A stretch of 64,000 nucleotides of DNA from NCBI RefSeq assembly GCF_009914755.1, contig NC_060926.1. One strand, given 5' to 3'. The DNA comes from the human T2T-CHM13v2.0 reference genome, Homo sapiens. Of this stretch, positions 13,674 to 26,749 are shown in pieces. Position numbers and translations under genes: made by a program. The notes beneath the pieces were generated by a model. The model was given only the letters and a program-made list of their open reading frames with translations. It was not told where the DNA came from and searched no databases. How positions within the stretch are numbered: the first letter of the stretch is position 1; each line of letters opens with the position of its first letter.

Positions 13674-15197
13674 TACTGAGCTCAGTTTGGAAAGGCTATA
13701 CATGATGTGTTAGGGTAAAACCAGATAGTGATGTTGAAAGGAATTTGGAAACAAGGAACTAGAAGTTTGGGCTGGAGAGAAAATGTGGGCTCCTGGGGGT
13801 AGACATGAGAGCTGGAGCCATAGGTGCAAATGAGTTCAGGCAGTGAACACCCTGTCCATGTGCCCAAGGAGTTTTGCACAGTAGCTGAGCAATGGCAAGC
13901 AATGTGGGTATTCAGAGGTGTGGATAAAATCCTCTCTCCCTCCCACTCTGTGGAAGAGAGTTGGGTTCATTTAATCTCATATGATTTCCCTAGTACAATA
14001 GTTTCAAATCAAAGGCAATGAAGTAACTAACAAAATAACTTGTTTGTAAATTAATTGCTTTGTGAATATTGATACAAAGTTTTATAATACCACTGGGATT
14101 TTTTCATTTTTCATGAAGAAATCAGTTTTAACTAGGAGAAAATCAATCTTTCATTTTTCTTATTATACACACTTAGAGAACCAAAGGGTTGTTTTGTACC
14201 CCCTATGGAGTTCCTTGGAGAGTAAAACAATGCACACATTGTGTGTGTGTTCATGAGCACTCTTTTGGCTTTTTCTCCTCACTTTTCTTCTTCCCATTTT
14301 TTTTTTTTGCTTTCTTTTTTTTTTCTCCAAATGTTAGGCATTTAGGTTAGATTGGGTTTATCTTGTCTATCCTCCCTCCCTTCCTTGCCTCAATTACTTC
14401 TTTAGATTATGGGTGCCTTTGAATAGCAATGTAAGTTTAGAAATGATGCATATATAAAAATCTACTAACCAGGGATCTAAAGGTTTTAGCTGGTAGACTC
14501 ATAAGACATGACATTGCTTTTATGAAAGGTGAGAAAAGTGGTAGGAAGTACTTTTTTTTTAAATGCCAGAATTTCTTAGTAAAACATCAAATATAACTAA
14601 AACCTAATATAAACATTGCAATTTTTAGACTTTTGCCTCTTGTGTCACATTCATGTGCTGTGCTAAGCTAACACTTATCATTGTTTGATTACAGAAAATG
14701 TGTTTAATAAGCACTATCAATGATTACAAACTCAGGACATCTTATCTTTCCATCACTCTGAGACCTTTGTGGAGGTTTGTGGTTACAAGTCTGAGTTAAA
14801 GAAAATAAAATTACATTTCTGATATCTTGCACGCTCTGCACTGAGTGGGTTCTTTAAATGTTTCCTCCAGAGGATTTTCAACCAGGAACAATACAACTGC
14901 TTGCAAAGAGTCCCAGCAGGATGGGTCTGGGCATGAGCATCTTATACTGGTGAAATGAAGTAGTCCAGATATTAAAAGCATCAACTTGCAAATGAACTCA
15001 TCTGCACTATAGTGCAATTCTCAGGTGAATGACCTTTTCTTCAGAAATTTTCTTAATAGTCCCCCAAAAGAAGAAGAAAATGTTCTTGTGCTTTATAAAT
15101 TTTGAAAACCTAAAGAGATCACTTAATATAAAGATTTTTATTTTACTCTTGAAAACATTAGTCTATTGATATCAACAGTAATATTATAAAAATTATT

Positions 15198-15491
15198 ATT
15201 ATTATTATTTTTTGAGACGGAGTCTTGCTCTGTTGCCAGGCTGGAGTGCAGTGGTGCAATCTCGGCTCACTGCAACCTCTGACTCCCTGGTTCAAGCGAT
15301 TCTCCTGCCTCAGCCTCCTGAGTAGCTGGGATTACAGGCACACACCACCACGCCCAGCTAATTTTTATATTATTAGTAGAGACGGAGTTTCACCATGTTG
15401 GCCAGGATGGTCTCAATCTCTTGACCTCGTGATCCTCCTGCCTCGGCCTCCCAAAGTGCTGGGATTACAGGGCGAGTCACTGCGCCCGGCC
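15198..15491 (-). mobile_element. Alu (AluSc-like)
   Basis: TSD TATAAAAATTATT at 15185-15197 and 15492-15504; (TTA)n tail. Confidence 0.95.
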
Positions 15492-16364
15492 TATAAAAAT
15501 TATTGTTAGCAGCAGTTAACAGTCTTGAGCCTCTACTGGGAAGAATATGCCCTGTTAGACACAGTATTCTATGTGATGAAGAAAATATAGTACCTGTTCT
15601 CCAGACTGATTATAATCTAGGGTTTCCAATAAAAAGTAAACAGATATGGTAGCAAAACAAAACCTCATGTTTAATATTCAGATTTTAAGACTCATCACCA
15701 GGATCCAAGACCACATATTCCTTTTTGTGATTTTAGTAACATATTAAGTGCTAAAAGATATAAGATGATGTTTATATCACAAACCACTAACATGCTGTGT
15801 TTATAAAACATCTTGGTATATTAGAACAACCATTGGTCCAGGGGTTCTTGTCCTGGTCATATATTGGGCAAATGTAATGGCTGCGCTTTGGGACATCCAA
15901 GTGAGCAACCAGGTTTGTTGCTCACTTGGATGGAACAAAGTTGTCCTGCCCTCCACAGACATATAAGAGCCAAGAGAATTATCAACTGTCTAAATAAGTA
16001 TTTATGAACCCAGTGGATATTTGAAGGTAAAGAAAGTTTTTCTTTAAAGCTCAGACAGATAATTTCCATTAGAACATGACATCTCAGTTGGGGTAGTGTC
16101 TTGTATGCATGATTGTGTATCTTCATACACTTGTTTCCAGAAGAAAAGCAATAATGTGGCATAGCTAACTCTGGGATCATGCCCCAGCTATGAGCTATGT
16201 AATCCTGGGCAAGATAGTCACCTTTTCTGGCTCTAGTTTAATTTGATAAATGCAAATGGAAAATGCAAAATGAAAGGTTTAACTTGTCATTTCTAGAAGC
16301 CCTTTTGGCTCTTATATTATAAATCCTGTGCTTCATCTCCTCAGATTTAAAATGTCACCGTCTA

Positions 16365-17090
16365 TATATTCATTTGTTCGCCCATCCAACCATGCTTTCA
16401 TCCATCCAATAAATACTGATTGCAGCTTACAACACACCAGGTATTATTGTAGATACTTGGGATGGATTTGTGAATAAGACCAACAAGGTCCCTGGTTTTA
16501 AAGCTTAGAGTGGAGTAGCCAGACAATAAAGAAGAAAACAATCAGATAAACCAGATAATTTCAGACAGTGATAAATGCTTTATGTCAGTTAATGTACTAG
16601 ATAATGACCTGGATATATTCTTTAGATTGGGTGGCCAGTGGTCACTGAAGAAGTGTCATTACTCTTGAACGATGACAAAGAAGCAGCCATGTGAAAATCA
16701 GAGAGAATGTTCTAGGTGGAGAAATGAGAAATTAAAAGCCCTGGGAACCTGCTTTGTGTGTTTGAGGAACAGAAAGAAGGGCAGTGTGACTGTGGTGTAT
16801 TGTGTGTCTGGTATAAAATGGGGAGAGGTAGGAGAGGTCATGCAAGTCATGGGAAACCAGGGTAAGAACTTAGATTTTACTGTAAGTGGAATGAGAAGCA
16901 CCTGGAGGTTTTATAAGCAGAACAATGACTCTATTGGATTATGCATGTAAGAAGGTCATTCTGGTTTCTCTGTGGAGAATGGATTGTAAATGGGCAGGAG
17001 TAAAAGCAGAAGCTCTTGTAGTCCCAGAGAGAGATGACAATGGTTTGGACCAGTTGAAGCTGAGATGGAGGAGAAGTGGATAGATTCTGT
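16365..17090 (-). mobile_element. L2 3' fragment
   Basis: TTCATCCATCCAATAAATACTGATTG...AACAAGGTCCCTGG...AAGCTTAGAGT. Confidence 0.7.
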
Positions 17091-17970
17091 TGGACATAAA
17101 ACAGAGGTGCTGGAAATTAGGCGTTCTTCCTGCTCACAGATTTTTAGCACTGGTCCTGTAACACTCAGTTGTTAGTGACCACTGTCTAGCTTCCTGTGGT
17201 TGCCTGCTTCTATTATACTTCTGTTGATTGTTGCTAGTGACACTTTGACTGTGGATTGAACCAAAAATCTTTCATGCACCCAGGAAGCTGTGTGACCTCG
17301 GGCAAATAATTTAATCTGTCTGGGCCTTCAGTTGTCTGTATGTACACAAAAGAGGTCACCAGATCTGACTGTGTATGATGCTGAGAAGAGGTTGAATCAT
17401 GTTACAGGAAACAAAAAGTGTAAAGCTGAGGGTATTTATAGGATGCCTGAAACATGAAGTGTTGATGAAATTTATTAGCAATGGAAATGGTATGTTAGGA
17501 AGCATGAGGAGCATATCAAAGATAGTATGAGAGAGGATGTTTTGGAGAAGATTTTATATTAAAGGTGGTATGGGAAGAAAAGGCAAACATGAGAAAAAGG
17601 AAGAAAGAACAAGAAGAGAGAGATTGGTAAGGGGAACACTGACAATTTTTAACTACTGGTATGGCAACAGAATTGACCAAATAGATTTGACACCTTACCA
17701 ATCAGAGCAGACACTATCTATAAAAGTGGTGCTATCTATCATACCAGCATTCCAGGCTGAGTATTAGACTTGGAGATAAGAACATCCAAGAAGGATGGAG
17801 AAAAGATCCTAGATGCTTTTGCAGTTATAAGAAACTAATGTATTCAGATCTTCCTTAAATTGTCTATCCATTAAATGCTTTAGTCATGGTTATAAGGGGC
17901 AGTCTCCTTTAATACTATTTTCAAATGTTACCAAAGGCTAAGAAGAATTTGTAATTTGTCATTTGAGCAT

Positions 17971-18431
17971 TGTCTTAGTCCATTTTCTGTTGCTATCACT
18001 GAATACCGGAGACTGGGTAATTTATAAAGAAAAGAAATGTATTTCTTACAGTTCTGGAGGCTGGGGCCTAAGTCTAGGGGTCTAGGGGCCTAGGTCTAGG
18101 CTGAGGCCTAGGGGCGAAATCTGGTGAGGGCCTTCTTTCTGGTGGGGACACTCATCAGAGGCCCAAGGCAGTACAGAGGATTACATGATGAGGAGGTTCT
18201 TGAGAGACAGCCAATCTGGCTGTTTATAACATACTAACTCTCATGATAATTAACCCACTCCTGTGATAACCTATTAATCTGTTAACCCATTAACCCATGA
18301 ATTGGATTAAGCTATTCATGGGGGTTCTGCCAATCATCTCTTAAAGGCCCCACCTCCCAATTCTATTACACTGGGGATTAATTTTCAATATGAGTGTCAG
18401 TCAGAGGGGGACAAACATTCAAGCTATAGCA
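17971..18431 (-). mobile_element. MaLR solo LTR (MSTB-like)
   Basis: TGTCTTAGTCC...CTATAGCA; perfect 5-bp TSD AGCAT at 17966-17970 and 18432-18436. Confidence 0.88.
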
Positions 18432-18599
18432 AGCATATCTGTTCTATATCTGCCAAAATAGTTATGAAATAATTAATTAAATGCTATAGTTAAAAACATT
18501 CGAACTGCAGACTTAGAGCTGTCAAGCGGTTTTCCAGATGGAAAGTTTAAACACTGGATATGTGGAAACCTAAGTCAGCCTTCTGATCACTACATTTCA

Positions 18600-19019
<420 letters not shown>

Positions 19020-19879
19020 TCAACATGCCATTCAAGAAAAATTGAGGCACGGCATTCCTGGTCCTACCTAAATACTTTTGTGGGCAAGAAAGACAGTCTC
19101 CTTTATTTTAATTTATTCTGACTTTCTGGAATAGCCCATTATGATATTGAGACAGAAAGTGGTTAACAGGAACATTGTTTTCCCTTTGGAAGACTTACCC
19201 AACAGCAAAGAATTAGCTCTCTCAGTTGTTTGCAGTCTTATCTGGATATATTCTGATGCTGAATCCAGAGAAAGCAGGTGTTAGAAATAACATTAAGATG
19301 TTTTTGTTTCACTTCTTCATTTCACGGATGAGGAGGCTGAATTCCACAGGGGTACCCTAGCCACAGAGCCTTGCTAGTGGCAGAGCCAGAATTTGCCTCT
19401 GGTTTCCTTGGGATCCACTGCAATGCACTTCCACCACACTGCACCGCCAACCATTCATGTCCTCTTGTGTTTGCCACAGTGCGGGCACAATGGGGGAAAA
19501 ATCTGCTGAGAAAATCATCTTCGGAAGTAGAAGACAATGCGTCTATGTCTGTGTATACATGGTGACCACAGACGCTTTGGCTCCAAGATCATTGTGGTTT
19601 ACTTGCTGCCATTCTAAAGTCTCTGGGAAATTTTTTGTGAACATTTCTAAAGGAACTGAGAACCCGTCCACTGATTTTATCTTCTGCAGCAGACGGTAGA
19701 GACATACGCATCAAAGCAACAGTGGGGCAACATATTTTACTGTCAGACAAATAAAGCCCCAAGCAAAATACCCTACGTTTTAATCTAATGTAGACTGCAC
19801 CTGTTCTCATGCCAACAGTTTTTTTTTCTTTGCCTCTGGATAATATTGTTCCTTCCAGTTTTTAAAACGAAGCAAGTAT

Positions 19880-21340
19880 TATTTTCCTTCTGTATGCTTT
19901 TAAACATACTTGTTATTATAAAACAAAACATACATATAGAAAAGTGAAAAAAATGTATAATTTAATGAATAATGCTAAAGCATACTATCTTACCCTCATA
20001 ATCACCACAGGTCAAGAAATACAAGACTGTCAGCACCCCTATTTCCTTCTGATTCCAACTCTTTCTCCCTCTTTAGACAAAACCATTAGGCTGAATTTTG
20101 TGATACTAATTCAGATTATATTAACTATTTCTATTTTTTAGTAATTATGGAAGAAATCAAAACATGTATACTTCACTTAGAAAAGTTTCAAATTACATAT
20201 ACCTTCACTATCTTTCTAGACAATGTGCTCTATATTGACAGATGTTTCTTTTAGCACATTGGAGGTATATGTTATAATTCCACTGTATCAGGGCTTTTAT
20301 TGTTGATGTTGAAACAGTCTAATAGTTGCTCCTTGGAAGGTAATCAGTCTCTTTTCTCTGGCTGCTTTTAGGATTTTCACTAAGATACATCTAGGTGTGC
20401 ATACTTTTAAAAAATATGCTTGTGAATTGTTGGGATTCTTGAATCTGTGGAGTGTGACTGGGTTCTAACTAATTTTTCCAACCTATCTGCTGGTTCACCA
20501 ATTTTCTCTTTAACTCTGTCTAATATATATTAAACTTATCTATTGAGTTTTAAATCTCAGTGCATTTTTTTGGCCGATTCTTGTAGGTTCTTTTTCAAAT
20601 TAGTTGACTTAAATTTTCCTGTGTACTACAGATATTATTACAAGTTTTTCTCTTATTTGCTTAAACATAATAAGCTTAATTACTTTATTTTGGGGACCTG
20701 ATAATTCAGGTATATAAATCATGAGTTTGTTTTTGTAGTTTGTTGTTTCTGTTGTTCCCTTGTTTTCTTGTATGTCTCATTATTTTTGTGATGTGTTTGC
20801 CATTGAATGTGAATATTATTTGTATGAAATTTTTTGAGGCCTAGGATGTAAACCTTTTCTTCTTGTAATAGTTTGCATTTTTACTTTCAAAAGCTGAAGG
20901 GTAATAATAATGCAAATCTCCTTAAAGAAAATTCAAGGATTGAGGTTTTCTAACCATTGAAGTCCAGAAGATTTTTCTGGACCATCTAATCTGAATGAGG
21001 TCTGGTTTATTTCTTTACCTGTGCTCCAAGAATGTAACTCTTTGGGGTCCCAATTTATTGGGGAGAGGGTTTTCTGCTAGATCACTCACTCTGCAGATTC
21101 TGGGAGTTGAGACATAAAAACAAAAGTTTGAATTTGAAAGAACAGCAATGCTTTCCGAGTAAAAGCAGCTTCCAAGCTTTGCCTGTCTCTCGGGGTTCTG
21201 GTTCTCTCTTCAAATTTAGCCTGGTAATTTCTCCTCCTTTGTGTCATTCTTTAATGCTTTTAATAATATTTTTGGACATTTGTTCAACATTTTTGGTTGT
21301 TTTGGCGTGAGAATTAGTTTGAATAATAGGGACTGCTATA
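19880..21340 (-). mobile_element. Degraded old L1 (L1M) fragments
   Basis: T-rich, L1-like phrases such as TTTTCTCTGGCTGCTTTTAGGATTTT and AACTTATCTATTGAGTTTTAAAT; boundaries are rough. Confidence 0.45.
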
Positions 21341-22189
21341 ACTGAAGACTAGAACACTTGTGCTTATTTTCACAATCAAATCACCCAAATTGAAGATATA
21401 TAGGGAAAATATAAATTGAAGCCCAGGGTCATTAAGAAAATAAGTAATTGTGTATCTTAAATAAAATTAAGGCAACTAGTGTAAGTAGAGGTGTGACAAA
21501 TAGCCCCTCCTGCATAATGCTAATCCTGTTACAAATTTCAGAAAGCAAAATGGCAATACATAGTATTATAACTTTTAAACATTTTGACCAAATGTCATAA
21601 TATTTACATAAAAGCAAAATGCTGAAAATAATCCCAATATCCAACGTTAGTATTTTAGTTTTAACAAATTATGATAGATTAACATTTTGGCCAATAATAT
21701 AGTCATTAAAAAGGATAATTATGATGACTAAAAATGAAATGTTTATGACATAAAATAACAATAGCAGAACACAAAATAACATGTTTGCTATAAATAATAA
21801 GTATGTTTTTGCAAGATAAAGAGCAAAAATATACAAATAGTATTTCTATTTCACTGTAGAACTAGGTAATTTTTTTCCTTAAAATTTTTTTACACTTACA
21901 TAGTTTTCTCAAAAACAAAGACCGAGATTTCAAAACTTAGGAAAAAACCAGCATACTAATAATTTTCCCAAACAATTTCAGCATGAAAATTTGTCATATT
22001 AAAAAGGAAAATAAAACAAAAAGAAAGAGAAGGCAATGAGCAGTTTGAATTTATAGTCTAATAACTCAGAATCTGCAACCACCAGGCCAAGGTGATTTCA
22101 GTTTTTTCCTTCTGTGATTCCCATGTAGCTTGCAAAAACAACCATGGCTTCCTATAAGCATAAATTTATTTCAGAAAATGAAAAAGTGG

Positions 22190-22512
22190 GGCTGGGCATG
22201 GTGGTTCACGTCTGTAATCCTAGCACTTTAAGAGGCTGAGGCAGGAGGATTGCTTGAGGCCAGGAGTTCAAGACCAGCCTGGGCAACATAGCAAGACCTG
22301 TCTCTACAAAATTTCTTTTTCAAAGTTAGCCAGATATGGTGGTGTGTGCCTGTATTCCCAGCTTCTTGGGAGGCTGAGGCAGGAGGGTCCCTTGAGTCAA
22401 GGAAGTGGAGGCTACAACGAGCTAGGATCATGCCACTGCACTGTAGCCTGGGGAACAGAGTAAACCCTTTTCTCTGAAAAGAAAAGAAAAGAAAAGAAAG
22501 AGAGAGAAAAAG
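22190..22512 (+). mobile_element. AluJ-like with (GAAAA)n tail
   Basis: GGAGGATTGCTTGAGGCCAGGAGTTCAAGACCAGCCTGGGCAACATAGCAAGACC (J-type diagnostics). Confidence 0.9.
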
Positions 22513-22647
22513 TAAACAAAAATCTGGGGCTTTATCTTTATTATCAGGCCTTGATTCAGTTCTCAGTGGATGAGGTTTGGAGAAAATACATTTCTGTCAT
22601 TTGAAAATGATTAGTCTGTTCTTTTACTCTTTAGCAGGAGGACATAA

Positions 22648-22800
22648 TGTATGTGTGTATATATGTATGTATATGTATACAATTATTTGTATATATACAC
22701 ACACATAGTCTCTCTATATTGTAATATACATATACATATAATACATATATTTTAATATATAATATGTAATATACATACATATATAAAATATATATACAAT
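22648..22800. repeat. (TA)/(TATG)-rich low-complexity tract
   Basis: Direct inspection. Confidence 0.85.
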
Positions 22801-22834
22801 TATTCATTTTTAAACTACTTCGTACTTTTACAAA

Positions 22835-22977
22835 GTGAGCAATTTCTATCTTTCCTTTTATCTGCTTTACTGATGTACATCAGTGATTATTTACTCATCA
22901 GAAGTACACATGGTTCTTGTCAGAGTAGTTTGATCAACAGGTAGACAATTCCTTCTCCCCAAGATATACCTACTAAT
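22835..22977 (+). repeat. Direct repeat copy A (intron 1) of a 143-bp unique-sequence duplication
   Basis: Gapless hand alignment to 24652-24794; 14 mismatches in 143; offset 1817. Confidence 0.95.
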
Positions 22978-23521
22978 AAATGAAGTTTTTCCTAAACTTC
23001 AACTTTTCCCATATCTCTCTGTTTAGCTAAGTGCTACTAATCCTTTAATTCCAATTTTAAAACTCACTTCCTCAAGGCGGCATTTTCTGATTCTATAATC
23101 AAAATTATAACCCACCTGACTCTACCACCTTCATTTAAATAGTACTCCATTCCTATCACAAATTATGTTGCATTACTACATATTTATTCCTTTACCATCT
23201 GCCTCCAATATGAAAGCTACCAAAGGACAGAGGCCATACCAGTTTGATTCATACACACTATGTAAATATATTATTTAATATTTAGTATATTCTATATTCA
23301 CATATGACAAGCAAGTTTCTGGTTAGGATTTTTTTTTCTCTAGGACATAGTTTTATCTTATGTTCTTCCTTGAGGGGTGGAGGGAGAATGTGAAGCTGTT
23401 TCATTTTGGTGCAACAGAGATGACTTTATGCATTGAATAAATTGCTTTTATGTTAAAATATAATTATTAGGGCAACATTATAAAATGTCACTTTTGCTTT
23501 GTTTTCTTTCTTTTTATGCAG

Positions 23522-23857
23522 GAGAAATCAATGGTTCTGCCAATTATGAGATGTTTATATTTCACAACGGAGGTGTACAAATTTTATGCAAATATCCTGA
23601 CATTGTCCAGCAATTTAAAATGCAGTTGCTGAAAGGGGGGCAAATACTCTGCGATCTCACTAAGACAAAAGGAAGTGGAAACACAGTGTCCATTAAGAGT
23701 CTGAAATTCTGCCATTCTCAGTTATCCAACAACAGTGTCTCTTTTTTTCTATACAACTTGGACCATTCTCATGCCAACTATTACTTCTGCAACCTATCAA
23801 TTTTTGATCCTCCTCCTTTTAAAGTAACTCTTACAGGAGGATATTTGCATATTTATG
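23522..23857 (+). CDS. ICOS: ICOS exon 2, IgV ectodomain with FDPPPF ligand-binding motif
   Basis: Polypyrimidine tract plus TGCAG acceptor; 336 nt reading GEINGSANYEMFIFHNGGVQILCKYPD...YYFCNLSIFDPPPFKVTLTGGYLHIY (inside ORF 23485..23907); donor G|GTAAGA at 23858. Confidence 0.99.
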
Positions 23858-24544
23858 GTAAGACATTGCTTTCATCTTCCAAACTTAAGAGTATATATAT
23901 GTTTTGACAACTTTTCTCACTAATAAAATCAATTAGACAAATAAATATCTTTTGTGTTGGAGTTCACTTAGATGCAGTTGATGGTAATCATTTATAATGA
24001 AGATATACAGGTGATGATTTACTATTAATCATAATTAGTATTATTCAGCAATATGCAATGTAATCCCATAGACTGCTAAGTCAGAAATAGATCATATTGC
24101 CTTTTAAACACATATGCTATTAAAAATCAGGAAAAACATTAAGACAAATACTTAAACTTATGGCTTAATAATGGGTATTATCTCTATTCACCTAAGATTT
24201 AAGGTTTGGTTTTGCACTGTGTTTGTGGAATGAAGTATGATGATTGAAAATCATAGTTTTATAACATTACTTTTACTATTACCTCTTTTATAAAAATATA
24301 GGCAGAAAAGCCCTTTCTATTAACCACATTTGTAAATACATTATATGCATAATCTTTTAAGTTTTAGTTCCTGGATCCTTGCCATAATACTGAGATGATG
24401 TTAGTCTAATAACTTGCCCACTTACTGGATTTCATGACTATAATAAAGAAAAGCTTCATTTGATTAAATAGCTCTTTTAAATTTGGTAAGAGAACTTGTG
24501 GTTCAGCAGAATTTTTCATTAACATACCTTTTTTTCCAATCCAG

Positions 24545-24651
24545 AATCACAACTTTGTTGCCAGCTGAAGTTCTGGTTACCCATAGGATGTGCAGCCTTT
24601 GTTGTAGTCTGCATTTTGGGATGCATACTTATTTGTTGGCTTACAAAAAAG
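24545..24651 (+). CDS. ICOS: ICOS exon 3, stalk and transmembrane helix (ESQLCCQLKFWLPIGCAAFVVVCILGCILICWLTKK)
   Basis: Acceptor TTTTTTTCCAATCCAG; 107 nt in frame with exon 2; hydrophobic TM segment; donor AAG|GTAAGC at 24652. Confidence 0.98.
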
Positions 24652-24794
24652 GTAAGCGATTTCTATCTTTCCTTGTATCTGCTTTACAGATGCACATCAG
24701 TGATTATTTCCTCATCAAAAGTACACATGGCTCTTGTCAGAGTAATTTGACCAACAGGGAGACAATTTCTTCCCCCCAAGACATACCTACTAAT
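24652..24794 (+). repeat. Direct repeat copy B (start of intron 3)
   Basis: Begins exactly at the exon-3 donor GTAAGC; ~90% identical to 22835-22977. Confidence 0.95.
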
Positions 24795-25684
24795 TAAACT
24801 AATCACTTGGAACAGAAATTTATGTATTTGTTTTATAGCCCACACATTCCAAAGAGGACTTGACTTGATGGCTTACAGAGAGTTACATTATTATTATTAT
24901 TGTTCAAACTAGATGAGGAAATTGAGGTCAAGAGAAGACTAAAGGTCAGGAGGAAGGTTAAAACATCAAAATAGATGACTCTGATTTTTAAAAAATTATT
25001 ATGCGTGGGCTGCGAATTTGAATCCAAGGTTCCTGAGAGGCAGGGCAGAGATGAAACAATTAGTTATAAGTTTTGCTTAGCTGGTAAGTTAAAAACAGTC
25101 AGCAAGAAAGCCTTCTAAGGTGTCAATTGTAGCTGAGAAGGAAATTGACAACTTTTTTACATGGTAGGTTATTAGACTCCTTGCTTTTAAAGAAAACCAC
25201 TGAGGAGCTATTTAGAAAGATAAACAACAATGACAACAACAAAAATCTCCCTGTGCTGGGGGATATTCTTTTTGGTCTCTTGCATTACAGGTTCTCAATC
25301 AAAGAACTGACACCACTCTGCATATTACGCGAGTATGCTAGTACTCAAGTATATCCACAGTGTGGTCATTGGCCAGTGTATATCTGTGGGAGAGTGGAAT
25401 TTGGAAAGAGACATAAAGAAGGAAGAGAATGAGATAGCGCCCATGGTCTAAGTCTGTTGGGAAAGAAACAATAAAGGCAAAAACGAGGAAGAAAGTTCAG
25501 TAGAAAGCTCTTTTTATGTAAAGCCCTTTTCATATTGTTTTTCTACTTAGCCTAAAGCCAGGAACCTAAGTCACATTATCATGTTTTTGTCACATACCAC
25601 TTCAACAAAGAATAGAAAACAGTCAAAAAACAAAGAGATGGAGAAGAAAAGATGACCAAGCATGTTTCTGGCTTTTTCTTTCAG

Positions 25685-25769
25685 AAGTATTCATCCAGTG
25701 TGCACGACCCTAACGGTGAATACATGTTCATGAGAGCAGTGAACACAGCCAAAAAATCTAGACTCACAG
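25685..25769 (+). CDS. ICOS: ICOS exon 4, cytoplasmic tail (KYSSSVHDPNGEYMFMRAVNTAKKSRLT) with PI3K-binding YMFM
   Basis: Acceptor TTTTTCTTTCAG; 85 nt; YMFM motif; donor CAG|GTATGA at 25770. Confidence 0.98.
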
Positions 25770-25833
25770 GTATGACTCCATTTGGGGGTTTGGGAAGGGA
25801 AGAGGTTTCTTCACAGTAAGCCTGGAATGTTAA

Positions 25834-25846
25834 TTTTTTTTTTTTT
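25834..25846 (+). repeat. Poly-T (T13) tract in intron 4
   Basis: Direct count. Confidence 0.9.
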
Positions 25847-26749
25847 AATTTTAAAGGAAAGGAAAACATCTCCAAGGCCTAATTCTAGAATTTTCTGTGA
25901 AAATCTGGATTTCTCACTTTTAACTAGATTTATATTTTCTGCAGTATATTGAAAACAAACAAGCAATAGGTTTGTAAGCCACTATTGAAACTAAACACAC
26001 AAACAGCTCATAAACCACCATAGTATCAAGGCAATTTTCCCATTGATGTTTCAAAAGTTGGGATGATTCTAAGTGTTTTTTGTTGAAGGGTTCATTCAGT
26101 CATTCAATGAGTGTTTATTGAGCATCAGTTAAGTGTGAGTTACTGAGTGAGGCACTCTGGGGAATTTGGACAGATATATGCTAATTTTGGACTGAGATTA
26201 GGAAGAGAGATCTGTGCTGGTACTGCTAGAGGGAAGAAGGAGAAATTGATGAAGATATCTGGTTATTTTGAGGTAAAGAGTGTGCAAGTTTAGAGAACTT
26301 GGATGGCTTTAGAAGTCTCAGTAACATGGAAATTTGACCTTTTCTGTTAAGAGTCAGAAAACTGAAAGTTGCCAAGTTTGAGGAGCACCCAGAAAGTTTG
26401 AAGCTTCCATTGTGGAAAATTCATGTCTTATGCCCTTGAGGTTCGAATGATGTGCGATGTGTAATGAGACAGAAGCCACTGCATTTTTCCACCCCTCAGT
26501 GGCTACAGATTATCTAAAGGGGACACACATAGCTTGCGTTGTCATGGAATTATAGCATGGGATGGGAGCTAAAAAGGATCCTTGAGTTCACATTTCATGT
26601 TTTAGATGACAGAAATTGATGATCAAAGTGTTCAGTGACTCTTTTGGTTCCCTAGACAGTTAATACCGTAGCTTTGACACTTGCAAAGAGCTTATGTTTC
26701 ATTACTTTGCTGTTTAAAAAATATATGATCTCTCAATCTCTTTGCTTAA

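Noticed and set aside
23485-23907. 140-aa ORF as a standalone gene
   Set aside because: It is ICOS exon 2 with in-frame intronic flanks; the MSLLLCFLSFYA start is the polypyrimidine tract.
24483-24797. 104-aa ORF over exon 3
   Set aside because: Different frame from the true TM-coding exon; no independent coding evidence.
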